A stretch of 64,000 nucleotides of DNA from an uncultured Actinomycetota bacterium (GCA_963829525.1 CAWHIJ010000003.1:1824001-1888000); one strand, 5' to 3'; shown: positions 1 to 10,236, counted from the stretch's first letter. The notes: generated by a model from the sequence alone, not told the origin. Translations and numbers: made by a program.

Positions 1-536
1 TCCCGTGAGCCGAGGTCGAGCCCAGCGGCTGGCTCATCGAGAATCAACAGCTCGGGATCGGTCATGAGTGCTCTGGCGATCTGGACACGTTTACGCTCGC
101 CCTCGCTCAGGGTCCCATAGGTACGTTGGGTGAGAGGGCCAGCTCCCAGCCGGGCCAAGAGGTTTTCTCCCCGTTGGATGTCCATCGACAAGTAGCTCTC
201 ACGCCATCGACCCGTCACGGCGTAACCAGCGGACATCACGACGTCGAGAACCCGCTCGTCGAGTGGAATCAGCTCCGCAAGCGCGGCGCTGGTAAGCCCG
301 ATGCGAGGTCGGAGCTCGAAGACGTCCACGGCCCCCAGTCGTTCTCCCAACACGCTGGCGCTGCCGGCCGTCGGGTGCATGCGCGCCGAAGCGATCTGCA
401 ACAAAGTCGTCTTACCGGCACCGTTGGGGCCAAGGATCACCCACCGCTCACCCTCCTCGACCCTCCAGCTGACCTGGTCGAGGATTCGGGTGCCGCCGCG
501 AACCACCGTCACATCGCGGAGTTCGAGAACGGACAC
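1..536 (-). CDS. ABC transporter ATP-binding protein (3' end runs off the window edge; not in the ORF track)
   Basis: Manual translation from GTG at 536: [47 protein letters not shown] (Walker A GPNGAGKT); TAGGTT -10 lies 6 nt upstream of the GTG. Confidence 0.88.
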   Translation of the reverse strand, partial: MSVLELRDVTVVRGGTRILDQVSWRVEEGERWVILGPNGAGKTTLLQIASARMHPTAGSASVLGERLGAVDVFELRPRIGLTSAALAELIPLDERVLDVVMSAGYAVTGRWRESYLSMDIQRGENLLARLGAGPLTQRTYGTLSEGERKRVQIARALMTDPELLILDEPAAGLDLGSR

Positions 537-599
537 ACAACCAACCTAAGCCCGACACCCTGTGCGGGCCTCGACGGACGCGCGGCCTACCGTTGCCGG

Positions 600-1349
600 G
601 TGTCTGTCGCACTGCTCCAGCAAGCCGCCTCTCACGCGGCCTGGTTGAGCGCAGTGCTCCGGGGATCCGTCGGCGTCGAACAGACGCTGGATGTTCTCAG
701 TGCTGGCGCTGAACCACCGATGTTTGTGTTCTTGGACACCGCCGACCCATTGACCCTGCCCTTCGCCGTTGCTGAGTGGCGTCGACGTGGCGTCGCCGGA
801 TGGCTCTACCTGCCACTCGCACCTGGCGATGCCGCAGCGATCCCCGGTCCCGGGTCCTTCTCAGCGGCCGCGCTCGACAAGGGCGTGGCACTGGTTACGG
901 CCGGGGCACCTCTTGTTGGCCTTATCCCGCATCAATCCGGGCGCGGCTTGCTTTGGGAAGAGCACGAGACCTCCGGACCCGGTCGACCACCCCTCGAGTC
1001 ACCCGCTGAGGCTGACCGCCTGCTGCTCGAGGCACTCAACCGCGCGGTAACGGCGCTGGAGACCCACGACCTGGGCAGCTGGCGCGATGAGGCTGACGCC
1101 CTGCGCGACCAATGGGCGGGGTCGGAGCCCATGCCACCAGGAACTGACCCGAGAAGTGAGCGGATTGCGCAACGGAGCCGGCGAATCCTGGAATTGCTTG
1201 AGCGCGCGACCTCTGATGACGGTGGAAGCCGAACGGCTGCAGATGTGGCCATCCGCCGGTCTGCCTTTGCCGACTTGTCCCGGGCCGCGCGACAGGCCCA
1301 CGCCGTCGCATGGAACACCGGTCTCCGTCGAGCGGCCGAGCCTGGGTAG
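600..1349 (+). CDS. Hypothetical protein (about 249 aa)
   Basis: 3' part of ORF 126..1349. The 5' part is antisense to the ABC gene, so the start is reassigned to GTG 600, which has TACCGT -10 6 nt upstream. Confidence 0.7.
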   Translation: MSVALLQQAASHAAWLSAVLRGSVGVEQTLDVLSAGAEPPMFVFLDTADPLTLPFAVAEWRRRGVAGWLYLPLAPGDAAAIPGPGSFSAAALDKGVALVTAGAPLVGLIPHQSGRGLLWEEHETSGPGRPPLESPAEADRLLLEALNRAVTALETHDLGSWRDEADALRDQWAGSEPMPPGTDPRSERIAQRSRRILELLERATSDDGGSRTAADVAIRRSAFADLSRAARQAHAVAWNTGLRRAAEPG

Positions 1350-1361
1350 CGTTGATTCGCC

Positions 1362-2630
1362 ATGAATGATCTCCACCTTTCACCGCTGACACCAGAGCCG
1401 CATCCCACAGAGGTCACCGTCACCGGGACTGCTGTCCTGTTGACGATTTCAGGTCCAGACCGTCCAGGGGTCAGCCGAACCTTCTTCTCGGCGATGGACG
1501 CGCTGCCCATCTTGGTTCTTGACGTCGAGCAGGTCGTGACCAGCGGACAGCTCATCCTTGCCTCGCTGATGGTCCCTGACCCCGCAGCACACCAGAGCCG
1601 GACGGACATCACCACCACCCTGGATGCAATCGAGACCACTGCCATGGCCGTCGTGGCAGGTTTGGGTCTTTCACTCCAACGTGAGCGCCGACCAGCGGCA
1701 GAAGGCGCAGCGGTGCCTGCACAGACGCATGTGACGGTGCTCGGCTCGCCGCTTCGACCAGGGGCGCTGGCGACGATCGCGCGCACTGTGGCCGAGTGCG
1801 ACGGGAATATCGAGAACATCGAACGGCTCGCCGCCTATCCGGTGACCGCGATCGAGCTTCACGTATCCGGAGCCGACCAGCAGGTCCTGCGTCGACGTCT
1901 GGCCGCCGAGGCTGCAAACTCCTCGATCGATGTGGCCGTCCAAGCGGCCGGACTGCACCGACGTGCCAAAGGTTTGGTCGTCATGGACGTCGACTCCACC
2001 CTGATCCAGGGTGAGGTCATTGAGATGCTCGCTGCGCATGCCGGATGCGAGTCACAGGTAGCTGCAATCACCGAGTCAGCAATGCGAGGTGAGATCGACT
2101 TCACCGAGTCGTTGCGGCGCCGGGTCCGCCTGCTGGCTGGTCTGGACGCCGGCGCCCTTGACTCAGTTGCCTCATCTGTTGTGCTGACGCCGGGTGCGCG
2201 GACTCTCATCCGTACCCTCCGGAGGCTGGGCTACCGGTGCGGCATCGTCAGCGGCGGATTCGACGTCGTCACCGATCACCTGGCCGCTGAGCTCGAGTTG
2301 GATTTCTCACTGGCCAATCGTCTTGAAGTGCGCGATGGGGTCCTGACCGGAGAAGTGCTGGAACCCATTGTCGACCGCGCGGCAAAAGCAGAGGCGCTCC
2401 GCGCCTTCGCCAGGGCCGCAAACGTGCCGTTGGCTCAGACCGTCTCCATCGGAGACGGTGCCAACGACCTGGACATGCTGCAGACGGCCGGGCTGGGTAT
2501 CGCGTTCAACGCCAAGCCGCTGGTGCAAGCGGCCGCTGACACCTCGGTCAATGTGCCGTACCTCGACACGATTCTCTTTCTGCTCGGGATCAGCAGGGCT
2601 GAGGTCGAGGTGGCCGACGGCGATTGGTGA
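1362..2630 (+). CDS. serB: Phosphoserine phosphatase with N-terminal ACT domains
   Basis: ACT motif GPDRPGV; HAD motifs DVDSTL and GDGANDLDML; SGGF. Confidence 0.95.
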   Translation: MNDLHLSPLTPEPHPTEVTVTGTAVLLTISGPDRPGVSRTFFSAMDALPILVLDVEQVVTSGQLILASLMVPDPAAHQSRTDITTTLDAIETTAMAVVAGLGLSLQRERRPAAEGAAVPAQTHVTVLGSPLRPGALATIARTVAECDGNIENIERLAAYPVTAIELHVSGADQQVLRRRLAAEAANSSIDVAVQAAGLHRRAKGLVVMDVDSTLIQGEVIEMLAAHAGCESQVAAITESAMRGEIDFTESLRRRVRLLAGLDAGALDSVASSVVLTPGARTLIRTLRRLGYRCGIVSGGFDVVTDHLAAELELDFSLANRLEVRDGVLTGEVLEPIVDRAAKAEALRAFARAANVPLAQTVSIGDGANDLDMLQTAGLGIAFNAKPLVQAAADTSVNVPYLDTILFLLGISRAEVEVADGDW

Positions 2631-2634
2631 CTGG

Positions 2635-3105
2635 CTAACGGGCGACGACGACCTCGTCCAGAGATGCCGTTCCTGGTCCCCAATCGCGCCACGCACCGGC
2701 TGAACGCAGAATCGCGAAGGTCGACGTCTTCATCGTCACCGGAACGCCAGACAGCAGGCCTGCGAGCTCCTCGATCCCCTCATTGTGACCGACCAGCAGC
2801 ACGTCCCCCGCGCTCTCAGGCAGCTGGCACACGACCGCCAGCAGCTCATCGCTGCCCGCAAGGTAGAGCTCAGGCGAGATGCGTTGCTGACCGACGCTCA
2901 GCGACCGGCACGCCGACTGCCATGTCTGTTGCGCACGCAGTCCTGAGGACACCAGGGCCAGGTCAAAGGTCGGTATGCGCTCTGCGAGCTCCCTGCCGGC
3001 TACTGGAGCCTCGCGCAGACCACGCTCACTCAGCGGCCGGTCATGATCACTTACGCCCTCGGGGTAGGCAGACTTTGCGTGCCGAAGAAGAACGAGGGTG
3101 GGCAT
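2635..3105 (-). CDS. sixA: Phosphohistidine phosphatase, SixA family
   Basis: LLRHAKS ... DHDRPLSERG ... LVGHNE histidine-phosphatase motifs. Confidence 0.9.
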   Translation of the reverse strand: MPTLVLLRHAKSAYPEGVSDHDRPLSERGLREAPVAGRELAERIPTFDLALVSSGLRAQQTWQSACRSLSVGQQRISPELYLAGSDELLAVVCQLPESAGDVLLVGHNEGIEELAGLLSGVPVTMKTSTFAILRSAGAWRDWGPGTASLDEVVVAR

Positions 3106-3108
3106 GGC

Positions 3109-3876
3109 TCAACCTCCGATCGCGTGCACTCCGCCATCGACGTGGATGATCTCCCCCGTCGTTGCCGGGAACCAGTCAGAGAGCAGCGCCACCGCCCCCT
3201 TGGCGGCCGGCACCGGATCGTTGACATCCCACCCGATGGGTGCGCGAGCCGTCCACATCGCCTCGAACTGCTTGAATCCTGGAATGCTCTTGGCCGCCAT
3301 CGTACGGATCGGCCCTGCCGCAACAAGGTTCACCCGGACCCCCTCACCACCGAGATCGCGGGCCAAGTAGCGCGACGTGGACTCGAAGGCGGCTTTGGCT
3401 ACGCCCATCCAGTCGTACGTCGGCCACGCAACGGTGGCGTCAAAGGTGAGTCCAACCACCGAGGAACCTGGCGTCAGGAGGGGACGGCAGGCAACTGTCA
3501 ACGATTTCAGCGAGAACGCTGAGATCTGCATCGCCACGGCAACGTCGGCCCACTCGGTGTGGAGGAAGTTCCCGCCGAGCGCACCTGCCGGAGCGAACCC
3601 GATGGAGTGCAGCACCCCGTCCAGAGCGTCAACGTGGGCTCCGACGCGTTCGGGGAGCGCGGCCAGATCTTCGTCGGAGGTGACGTCGAGCTCGATGACC
3701 GGCGCCTCTGCGGGGAGCCGCTTGGCGATCCGCTCGACGAGGCGCAGGGTGCGCGCCTGCGAGCTGAGCACGATCGTCGCCCCTTGCTCTTGAGCAAGAC
3801 GGGCCACGTGGAAGGCGATCGAAGCCTCGGTGAGCACTCCGGTGACAAGTACTCGCTTGTTGGCCAGCAACGACAT
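3109..3876 (-). CDS. fabI: Enoyl-ACP reductase FabI/InhA
   Basis: SIAFHVA, YDWMGVAKAA, AAGPIRT, TTGEIIHVDGG; start set at ATG 3876 after a GGAG RBS. Confidence 0.95.
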   Translation of the reverse strand: MSLLANKRVLVTGVLTEASIAFHVARLAQEQGATIVLSSQARTLRLVERIAKRLPAEAPVIELDVTSDEDLAALPERVGAHVDALDGVLHSIGFAPAGALGGNFLHTEWADVAVAMQISAFSLKSLTVACRPLLTPGSSVVGLTFDATVAWPTYDWMGVAKAAFESTSRYLARDLGGEGVRVNLVAAGPIRTMAAKSIPGFKQFEAMWTARAPIGWDVNDPVPAAKGAVALLSDWFPATTGEIIHVDGGVHAIGG

Positions 3877-3968
3877 GCCTGCTCCTGCACTCGGGGGTTG
3901 AACCGCTCGGGTGGGACCGCTCGGGGATGAACGAGGTGTTTCGGGGTGATCGTAGGGGTTCGCAGCTA

Positions 3969-4673
3969 TCAATGGCCCATGCCCAAGCCTCCGTCGACGG
4001 GAATGACTGCTCCGGTGACATAAGCAGCGCCATCGCTGGCCAGAAAGGTGACGACGGAGGCGATCTCGCTCGGCGACGCATATCGGCCGAGCGGGATCTG
4101 ACCCATGATCTGGGCTTTCCGCTCTTCGGAGATCTCCGCGGTCATGTCGGTCTCAACAAAGCCAGGAGCCACGACATTGGCGGTGATTCCGCGCGACCCG
4201 AGCTCGCGCGCCGTCGAGCGGGCAAACCCGATGAGACCCGCCTTTGCTGCGGCGTAGTTCGTCTGGCCCGCTGAACCCAGCGTGGCGACGACGGACGAGA
4301 TGAAGATCAGCCGCCCACGCTTCATGCGCAGCATCCCCTTGCTGGCTCGTTTGGCGACCCGGAACGAACCCACCAGGTTGGTCTGCAGCACGATGTCGAA
4401 GTCTTCGTCTGTCATGCGGAGCAACAGCGTGTCCCTGGTGATGCCGGCATTGGCGACCAGCACCTCCACGGGCCCCTGGTGTTCCTCGACGGCAGCAAAT
4501 GCGGTGTCGAGGGAGCCAGGATCGGTGACGTCAGCGCGTACGGCAAAGACGCCTTCCGGCGGCTTCCCCGACCGGTAGGTGATCGCGACGTCGTCACCGA
4601 GGGCGACAAAGGCCTGCGCCACCTCCCAGCCGATTCCGCGGTTACCGCCAGTCACCAGTACCGAACGCGCCAC
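3969..4673 (-). CDS. fabG: 3-oxoacyl-ACP reductase FabG (MabA-like)
   Basis: TGGNRGIG, ANAGITRD, NYAAAKAG; upstream of fabI as in the fabG1-inhA operon; GTG start after GAAGGAG. Confidence 0.95.
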   Translation of the reverse strand: MARSVLVTGGNRGIGWEVAQAFVALGDDVAITYRSGKPPEGVFAVRADVTDPGSLDTAFAAVEEHQGPVEVLVANAGITRDTLLLRMTDEDFDIVLQTNLVGSFRVAKRASKGMLRMKRGRLIFISSVVATLGSAGQTNYAAAKAGLIGFARSTARELGSRGITANVVAPGFVETDMTAEISEERKAQIMGQIPLGRYASPSEIASVVTFLASDGAAYVTGAVIPVDGGLGMGH

Positions 4674-4812
4674 GACTACTCCTTCCACGCCTGGGCACGG
4701 CAGACGCCGTACCGGGCCGAAACGCTACCGGCCTGCGGCGAGATCGGGATCATGCAGGTAGGTTCAGAGCATCGCCAACAAGGCCCCCAACGGGCCAGTG
4801 ACTGGAGGTCAG

Positions 4813-6330
4813 GTGAGCGTGCACACCCCGGACGCCATCGATGAGGAGTTCAGGTCGTTGCCGTTGCAGGCTCTGGCTGATGCCGCGCTGCAAGTCGCTC
4901 GTGATGGGGGCGCGACGTACGCCGCATTCCGGTTGGAGCGCATCCTGGGAACGTCACTACGACTGCGGGATGCCGACGTCGAGGGCGCCAACGACACCGA
5001 GGACGTCGGGTACTCCATCCGAGTCATCGTCGACGGAACGTGGGGCTTCGCCGCTGACGTCGACCGCTCGCCTGAGGCTGTTGTGCGTACCACCCGCCGC
5101 GCCCTCGAGCTGGCCAAGATCAGCGCACCGGTCAACACCGAACCGGTCGACCTGGCTCCAGAGCCCGCCCACCAGGGCACGTGGCGGTCGTCCTACGAGA
5201 TCGATCCGTGGTCGGTTCCTCAGGAAGACAAGCTCGCCTTGCTCCAGGACTGGAGTCGACGTCTGTTGGCTGCACCCGGTATTGACCACGTCGACACGTC
5301 CCTTTTTGCGGTCAAGGAGAACAAGTTCTACGCAGACTCATCCGGAACCGTGACCACCCAGCAGCGGGTGCGCATGTTCCCTGAGTTCGACGCGGTGGCG
5401 ATCAACGCCGATACCGGAGCATTCGAAACCATGGGAACGATCGCCCCCCCTGTCGGCCGGGGCTGGGAGTACCTCACGGGCCCTGGCTACGACTGGGCCG
5501 CCGAACTCGCCAGCCTGCCAGGTTGGCTCGTCGAGAAGCTCAACGCCCCCAGCGTCGAGCCGGGACGCTATGACCTCGTGATCGACCCGAGCAACTTGTG
5601 GCTGACCATCCACGAGTCCATCGGCCATGCTACAGAGCTCGACCGAGCACTTGGATACGAGGCTAACTACGCCGGAATGTCCTTCGCCACTCCCGACAAG
5701 CTCGGCACCCTGCAGTACGGCTCCCCAATCATGCACATCACCGGCGATCGAACTGTCGAGCACGGCCTGTCCAGCATCGGATGGGATGACGAGGGCGTCC
5801 AGACCCAGTCCTTCGACATCATCAAGGACGGCGTGCTCGTCGGCTATCAGCTCGACCGCAGAATCGCCTCGCGCGTCGGGTACCAGCGATCGAACGGCTG
5901 CGCGTTCGCCGACTCTCCAGGCCACGTTCCCATTCAGCGCATGGCCAACGTCAGCCTCCAGCCAGCCGCCGACGGGCCGTCGACGGAGCAGATGATCGCC
6001 GATGTCGAGGACGGTCTCTACATCGTCGGCGACAAGAGCTGGTCCATCGACATGCAGCGCTACAACTTCCAGTTCACCGGCCAACGCTTCTTCCGGATCA
6101 AGTCCGGCCAGCTCGCCGGACAGGTCAAGGACGTCGCCTATCAGGCGACCACCACCGACTTCTGGGGTTCGATGGCCGTCGTTGGCAGTCCGGAAACCTA
6201 CGTTCTCGGTGGAGCATTCAACTGCGGTAAGGCCCAACCCGGCCAAGTCGCACCCGTCAGCCACGGTGCGCCATCGGCCACCTTCACCGCCGTCAACGTC
6301 CTCAACACTGCAGCCGAGGGTGCCCGATGA
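4813..6330 (+). CDS. tldD: TldD family metalloprotease
   Basis: HESIGH metal-binding motif, DDEG, C-terminal CGKAQPGQ; GTG start after GGAGG. Confidence 0.92.
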   Translation: MSVHTPDAIDEEFRSLPLQALADAALQVARDGGATYAAFRLERILGTSLRLRDADVEGANDTEDVGYSIRVIVDGTWGFAADVDRSPEAVVRTTRRALELAKISAPVNTEPVDLAPEPAHQGTWRSSYEIDPWSVPQEDKLALLQDWSRRLLAAPGIDHVDTSLFAVKENKFYADSSGTVTTQQRVRMFPEFDAVAINADTGAFETMGTIAPPVGRGWEYLTGPGYDWAAELASLPGWLVEKLNAPSVEPGRYDLVIDPSNLWLTIHESIGHATELDRALGYEANYAGMSFATPDKLGTLQYGSPIMHITGDRTVEHGLSSIGWDDEGVQTQSFDIIKDGVLVGYQLDRRIASRVGYQRSNGCAFADSPGHVPIQRMANVSLQPAADGPSTEQMIADVEDGLYIVGDKSWSIDMQRYNFQFTGQRFFRIKSGQLAGQVKDVAYQATTTDFWGSMAVVGSPETYVLGGAFNCGKAQPGQVAPVSHGAPSATFTAVNVLNTAAEGAR

Positions 6331-7706
6331 GACCACACGAGATCGTCGAAGCCGCTTTGGCACAGTGCACCGTTGATGCTATGACGGTGATCTGCGAGGA
6401 GCACTCGCAGACCAACCTCCGGTGGGCGGCCAACACACTGACCACCAACGGGGTCATGCGCAGTGTCGATATCACTGTTGTCGCAGTGGCCGGAAGCGGG
6501 GCGGGGCGGGCGGCTGGTGTCGCCAACGCAAGCGTGGCTGACGCGTCTGACATCGCGGCGATCGTCGCTCGCGCTGAGGCAGTCGCAAAGGCCAGCGACC
6601 CCTCGCCTGATGCTGGCGACCTAGTCGCCGGGGCGACGTCGGACACCTTCGACACTCCTCCTGAAGAGACCTCCCCTGACGTCTTTTCCCAGTTTGCACC
6701 GGCACTCGGTGACTGGTTCGGGCGAGCGAGGGGCGCGGAATACGAGCTCTTCGGCTTTGCCGAGCACGAGGTGACGACCACCTATCTGGGCAACACGGCG
6801 GGTCTTCGCCACCGCCACGTCCAGCCGACCGGACGGTTGGAGATCACCGGGAAGTCCGACGGGCGCAAGCGGTCGACGTGGGTTGGCCGGTCGACGCGGG
6901 ACTTCCTTGACATCGACGTCCAGGATCTCGACGCCGAGGTACGCAAACAGCTGGGCTGGGCTGAACGTTCCATCGCCCTCGATCCCGGACGGTACGAGGT
7001 GCTGCTGCCACCGTCAGCAGTCGCCGATCTTATGGTCTATCTGTATTGGACGGCCACAGCTCGCGATGCCGCTGAAGGACGCACCGTGTTCTCTCGTCCC
7101 GGCGGTGGGACGCGGATCGGCGAACGGCTCACCGAGAGTCCCCTCTCGCTGTTCAGCGATCCCGCCTACCCCGGCATGCAGTGCGCTCCCTTTGTCGTGG
7201 CTCACGCGTCTGGCTCGACGGAGTCGGTCTTCGACAACGGCCTTCCGCTGCAGCGGACCGCCTGGATCGACAGCGGTGAGCTCACAGCGCTTGGCCAGAC
7301 CAGACACTCCGCGACGCTCACCTCTGGCGCACTCACCCCGATGATCGACAACCTCGCACTCGAAGTGGCGGATGCCCGGTCGTCGACTGCCGACCTCATT
7401 GCAGGCACTGAGCGGGGCCTGCTGCTCACGACTCTCTGGTACATCAGAGAGGTCGACCCGCAGACCCTTCTCCTCACTGGGCTGACGCGAGACGGTGTCT
7501 ACCTGGTCGAGGGAGGCGAGGTCGTCGGCGCCGTCAACAACTTCCGTTTCAACGAAAGTCCCGTCGATCTACTCTCGCGCGTAGTGGGGGCCTCCTCGAC
7601 CGAGGTCACCCTTCCGCGCGAGTGGAGCGACTTCTTCACGCGCGTCGCCATGCCGACGTTGCGAGTTGCTGACTTCAACATGTCCACCGTGAGTCAGGCC
7701 TCATAG
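6327..7706 (+). CDS. pmbA: TldE/PmbA family protein, partner of TldD
   Basis: 4-bp overlap with tldD; LDPGRYEVLL, TGLTRDG, NNFRFNESP; lacks HExxH. Confidence 0.85.
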   Translation: MRPHEIVEAALAQCTVDAMTVICEEHSQTNLRWAANTLTTNGVMRSVDITVVAVAGSGAGRAAGVANASVADASDIAAIVARAEAVAKASDPSPDAGDLVAGATSDTFDTPPEETSPDVFSQFAPALGDWFGRARGAEYELFGFAEHEVTTTYLGNTAGLRHRHVQPTGRLEITGKSDGRKRSTWVGRSTRDFLDIDVQDLDAEVRKQLGWAERSIALDPGRYEVLLPPSAVADLMVYLYWTATARDAAEGRTVFSRPGGGTRIGERLTESPLSLFSDPAYPGMQCAPFVVAHASGSTESVFDNGLPLQRTAWIDSGELTALGQTRHSATLTSGALTPMIDNLALEVADARSSTADLIAGTERGLLLTTLWYIREVDPQTLLLTGLTRDGVYLVEGGEVVGAVNNFRFNESPVDLLSRVVGASSTEVTLPREWSDFFTRVAMPTLRVADFNMSTVSQAS

Positions 7707-7737
7707 GGTCCAAACTCACGCTTCGGGCTTGAATGCG

Positions 7738-7950
7738 CTACGCGTCCTCGAGGCGAAAGCCGATTTTGATGCCCACCTGCCAGTGGCGCACCTCTCCCCC
7801 ATCGATCTGTCCTCGTACCTCGGTCACCTCAAACCAGTCGAGGTGTCGCAGGGTCTCGGAGGCTCGGGAGACGCCGTTGCGGACCGCGGCCTCCATGCTC
7901 TCGGTTGACGTTCCGACGATCTCGGTCAGTCGGTAGGTGCGATCGGCCAC
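7738..7950 (-). CDS. Dodecin (flavin-binding protein)
   Basis: 70 aa: TYRLTEIVGTS ... LDWFEVTEVRG ... WQVGIKIGFRLE; GAGGAG RBS. Confidence 0.92.
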   Translation of the reverse strand: MADRTYRLTEIVGTSTESMEAAVRNGVSRASETLRHLDWFEVTEVRGQIDGGEVRHWQVGIKIGFRLEDA

Positions 7951-8022
7951 GGGGTTCTCCTCGATGTGGGTGGGGCAAGCGTGACCGATCTTGCCACCTG
8001 CTGAATGGGCGAAGGTGACCAG

Positions 8023-8343
8023 TTAAGAAGCGCGCCGCTCGGATCCGCTCGGCAGCTCACGGTCGGCTCCGGGTCGAAGGGAATCGGGCGCGTCCTCGAT
8101 CGGCTCTCGCCCGCCGTTGGCGAAGACCACTGCGATGTACGGAATGATCAAAGCTCCCGCAACGAAGACCCAGCGCAGCCACCCCGTCGTTACGACCGCC
8201 AGAAGGAAGCAAATGATTCGGATCGTCATCGAGATGACGTAGCCGCGAACTCGCGTCGCCTGGTCGTCGGCCACGCTCTTGCGGGCGGTGGTGATCCGGA
8301 TAGCCGGCGCCTCCGCAGGTCGCCTCGCAATACTCCAACGCAT
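8023..8343 (-). CDS. DUF3099 family membrane protein
   Basis: ITTA ... RVRGYVISMTIRIICF ... IPYIAVVFANGG; usual neighbour of fabG and SURF1. Confidence 0.85.
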   Translation of the reverse strand: MRWSIARRPAEAPAIRITTARKSVADDQATRVRGYVISMTIRIICFLLAVVTTGWLRWVFVAGALIIPYIAVVFANGGREPIEDAPDSLRPGADRELPSGSERRAS

Positions 8344-8420
8344 GTCAGCCTCCGCATTGACGGTACGCCCCCGAGCGTGGCCCGGCCATTCGATCTTTGA
8401 TGACGGCTGAGCGGCCCGCG

Positions 8421-9416
8421 TCAGCCTCCGATGGCCGACATCGGACGGGGTGGCTGCAGAAATGTTGGGTCGTCAATCCCGTGCCCAGCGCGCTTGGTAG
8501 CCAAGCACTCCTTCATGAAGGCCACTACCTCATCGTCGGAAGCTCCTGAGCGCAGCGGGCCTCGAAGGTCTGTCTCACCTTGGGAGAAAAGGCAGTTGCG
8601 CAGCTGGCCGTCGCTGGTGAGCCTGACTCGGTCGCAGGAGGAGCAGAACGGCCGGGTGACAGATCCGATGACGCCGACTGTGCCGCGCGGTGAGCCGTCA
8701 GCTGCCAGAACAGTCCAGGTCTCAGCCGGCTCACTGCCCCTGGGGGACTTGGTCGGTTCCAGCGAGTAGGCGGCGTCAAGCTGGGTGAGAATTTCCTTCG
8801 CTTCCACCATCTCGGTGCGTGACCAGGCCTTGTGCGCGTCCAGAGGCATCTGCTCGATGAAGCGGAGGGCGAGTCCGTTCTGCAGGGCCCACTCGACCAA
8901 CGAAAGAACCTCATCGTCATTGACCCCTCGCATGAGGACGGTGTTGATCTTCACCGGAGCAAGACCCGCTTCCTGGGCGGCGGCGATTCCAGAGAACACG
9001 TCAGCGATTCGATTCCGACGGGTGAGGGTGAGGAACCGTTCGGCCAAGAGCGTGTCCAGTGAGACGTTGATCCGGGTAAGACCAGCGTCTTTGAGTGGCT
9101 TGGCGCGCGTCGTGAGCCCGATCCCATTCGTCGTGAGCGAGAGCGAAGGCGGATCGGGAAGAGCGGCGACGCCGGCAATGATCTCTTCGAGGTCCGGCCG
9201 GACAAGTGGCTCCCCACCGGTGAACCGCACTTCTTGAACACCCTGGTCGACTGCCAGCCGAACGACTCTCACCAGTTCGGCTGCCGAAAGAAGCTCGTCA
9301 CCAGGAATCCAGTTGAGGCCCTCCGGTGGCATGCAATAGGTGCAACGGAGGTTGCATCTGTCGGTGACCGATACCCGCAGGTCAGTGGCCACGCGGCCGA
9401 ACGCATCTACCAACAT
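8421..9416 (-). CDS. moaA: GTP 3',8-cyclase MoaA
   Basis: Radical SAM CNLRCTYC, TGGEP, second cluster CSSC...C, C-terminal IGG. Confidence 0.96.
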   Translation of the reverse strand: MLVDAFGRVATDLRVSVTDRCNLRCTYCMPPEGLNWIPGDELLSAAELVRVVRLAVDQGVQEVRFTGGEPLVRPDLEEIIAGVAALPDPPSLSLTTNGIGLTTRAKPLKDAGLTRINVSLDTLLAERFLTLTRRNRIADVFSGIAAAQEAGLAPVKINTVLMRGVNDDEVLSLVEWALQNGLALRFIEQMPLDAHKAWSRTEMVEAKEILTQLDAAYSLEPTKSPRGSEPAETWTVLAADGSPRGTVGVIGSVTRPFCSSCDRVRLTSDGQLRNCLFSQGETDLRGPLRSGASDDEVVAFMKECLATKRAGHGIDDPTFLQPPRPMSAIGG

Positions 9417-9422
9417 GCCAAC

Positions 9423-9432
9423 AGGCTACCTT
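9423..9432. promoter_or_regulatory. Overlapping divergent -10 elements (TAGCCT on minus, TACCTT on plus) serving leaderless moaA and the SURF1 gene
   Basis: AGGCTACCTT; each hexamer lies exactly 6 nt from a start codon (9416 minus, 9439 plus). Confidence 0.7.
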
Positions 9433-9438
9433 CGATAC

Positions 9439-10236
9439 GTGCTCGCGCTCCTCCGGCAACCGCGTTGGGTTGGCCTCGCCGCTGTGACACTGGCGTTGTG
9501 TGTTCTCTTTTGGTGGCTCGGTACCTGGCAGTGGGGTCGCCACGTCGATCGGTCAGCGCGCAACGACGCCATCGAGGCAGCCGTCAACGACGAACCGGCA
9601 CCTCTCACGAGCGTTGTCCCAGAGCCAAACATCCTGAACGACGAGGCTGTTTATCGCCCAGTGACGGCCACCGGCACCTATTTGGCTGATGCCCAGCTTC
9701 TGCAGCGAAACCCCCTGGGCCGCTCTGGCTTCGATGTGGTCACGCCACTCTCCCTGTCGAGCGGAGGGACCCTTCTGGTCGACCGCGGCTGGATCTCCTC
9801 ATCTGCGACCGACACCAACACTGCGGCGGCCGATGTGACGCCTCCGACGGGCCAAGTGGACGTCACAGTCCGACTGCGAGGTCCGCAGGAGTCGTCGGGC
9901 CGCGAACCGCCACCTGGCCAGGTGTACGACATCATCCCCGCGCAACTTGCCGACGGGCTTCCAGCGCCCGTCTACACGGCCTACGGCGAGCTCCTCAAGC
10001 AAGATCCAGCACCTGACCCCGACCTCGAGCTCGCGGGCCCTATCGACACCGGGATCGGAATCCATCTGTTCTATGCGATCCAGTGGTGGCTCTTCATCGG
10101 AATCGCGATTGTCGGGTACTTCACCCTGGTGCGTCGAGAGAGCAAAGAGCTTCAGGAGGGCCGAACCCACGTCGGCACCGACACGCAGCCAGGAATTGCC
10201 GACCAGGACGGTGGTCAGACCGGTCCGCTCAACTAG
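9439..10236 (+). CDS. SURF1 family cytochrome oxidase biogenesis protein
   Basis: LGTWQWGR, GFDVVTPL, LVDRGW, HLFYAIQWWLF; two TM segments. Confidence 0.9.
   Translation: MLALLRQPRWVGLAAVTLALCVLFWWLGTWQWGRHVDRSARNDAIEAAVNDEPAPLTSVVPEPNILNDEAVYRPVTATGTYLADAQLLQRNPLGRSGFDVVTPLSLSSGGTLLVDRGWISSSATDTNTAAADVTPPTGQVDVTVRLRGPQESSGREPPPGQVYDIIPAQLADGLPAPVYTAYGELLKQDPAPDPDLELAGPIDTGIGIHLFYAIQWWLFIGIAIVGYFTLVRRESKELQEGRTHVGTDTQPGIADQDGGQTGPLN

Noticed and set aside
126-599. N-terminal 158 aa of ORF 126..1349
   Set aside because: It is the antisense shadow of the minus-strand ABC ATPase; the real start is more plausibly GTG 600
3902-3925. ACCGCTCGGG direct repeat between fabG and fabI
   Set aside because: Only two short GC-rich copies with a 14-bp period; not enough evidence for an operator
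5338-6363. Long antisense ORFs (e.g. 5338..6363-, 30055..31164-, 46236..47105+, 59181..60077+, 61982..62986+)
   Set aside because: They mirror well-identified genes on the opposite strand, as expected in high-GC DNA with few stop codons, and have no recognisable motifs
4813-7950. TldD/TldE plus dodecin as a RiPP or other novel cluster
   Set aside because: No precursor peptide or modifying enzymes are present, and tldD-tldE beside fabG-fabI is a common actinobacterial arrangement
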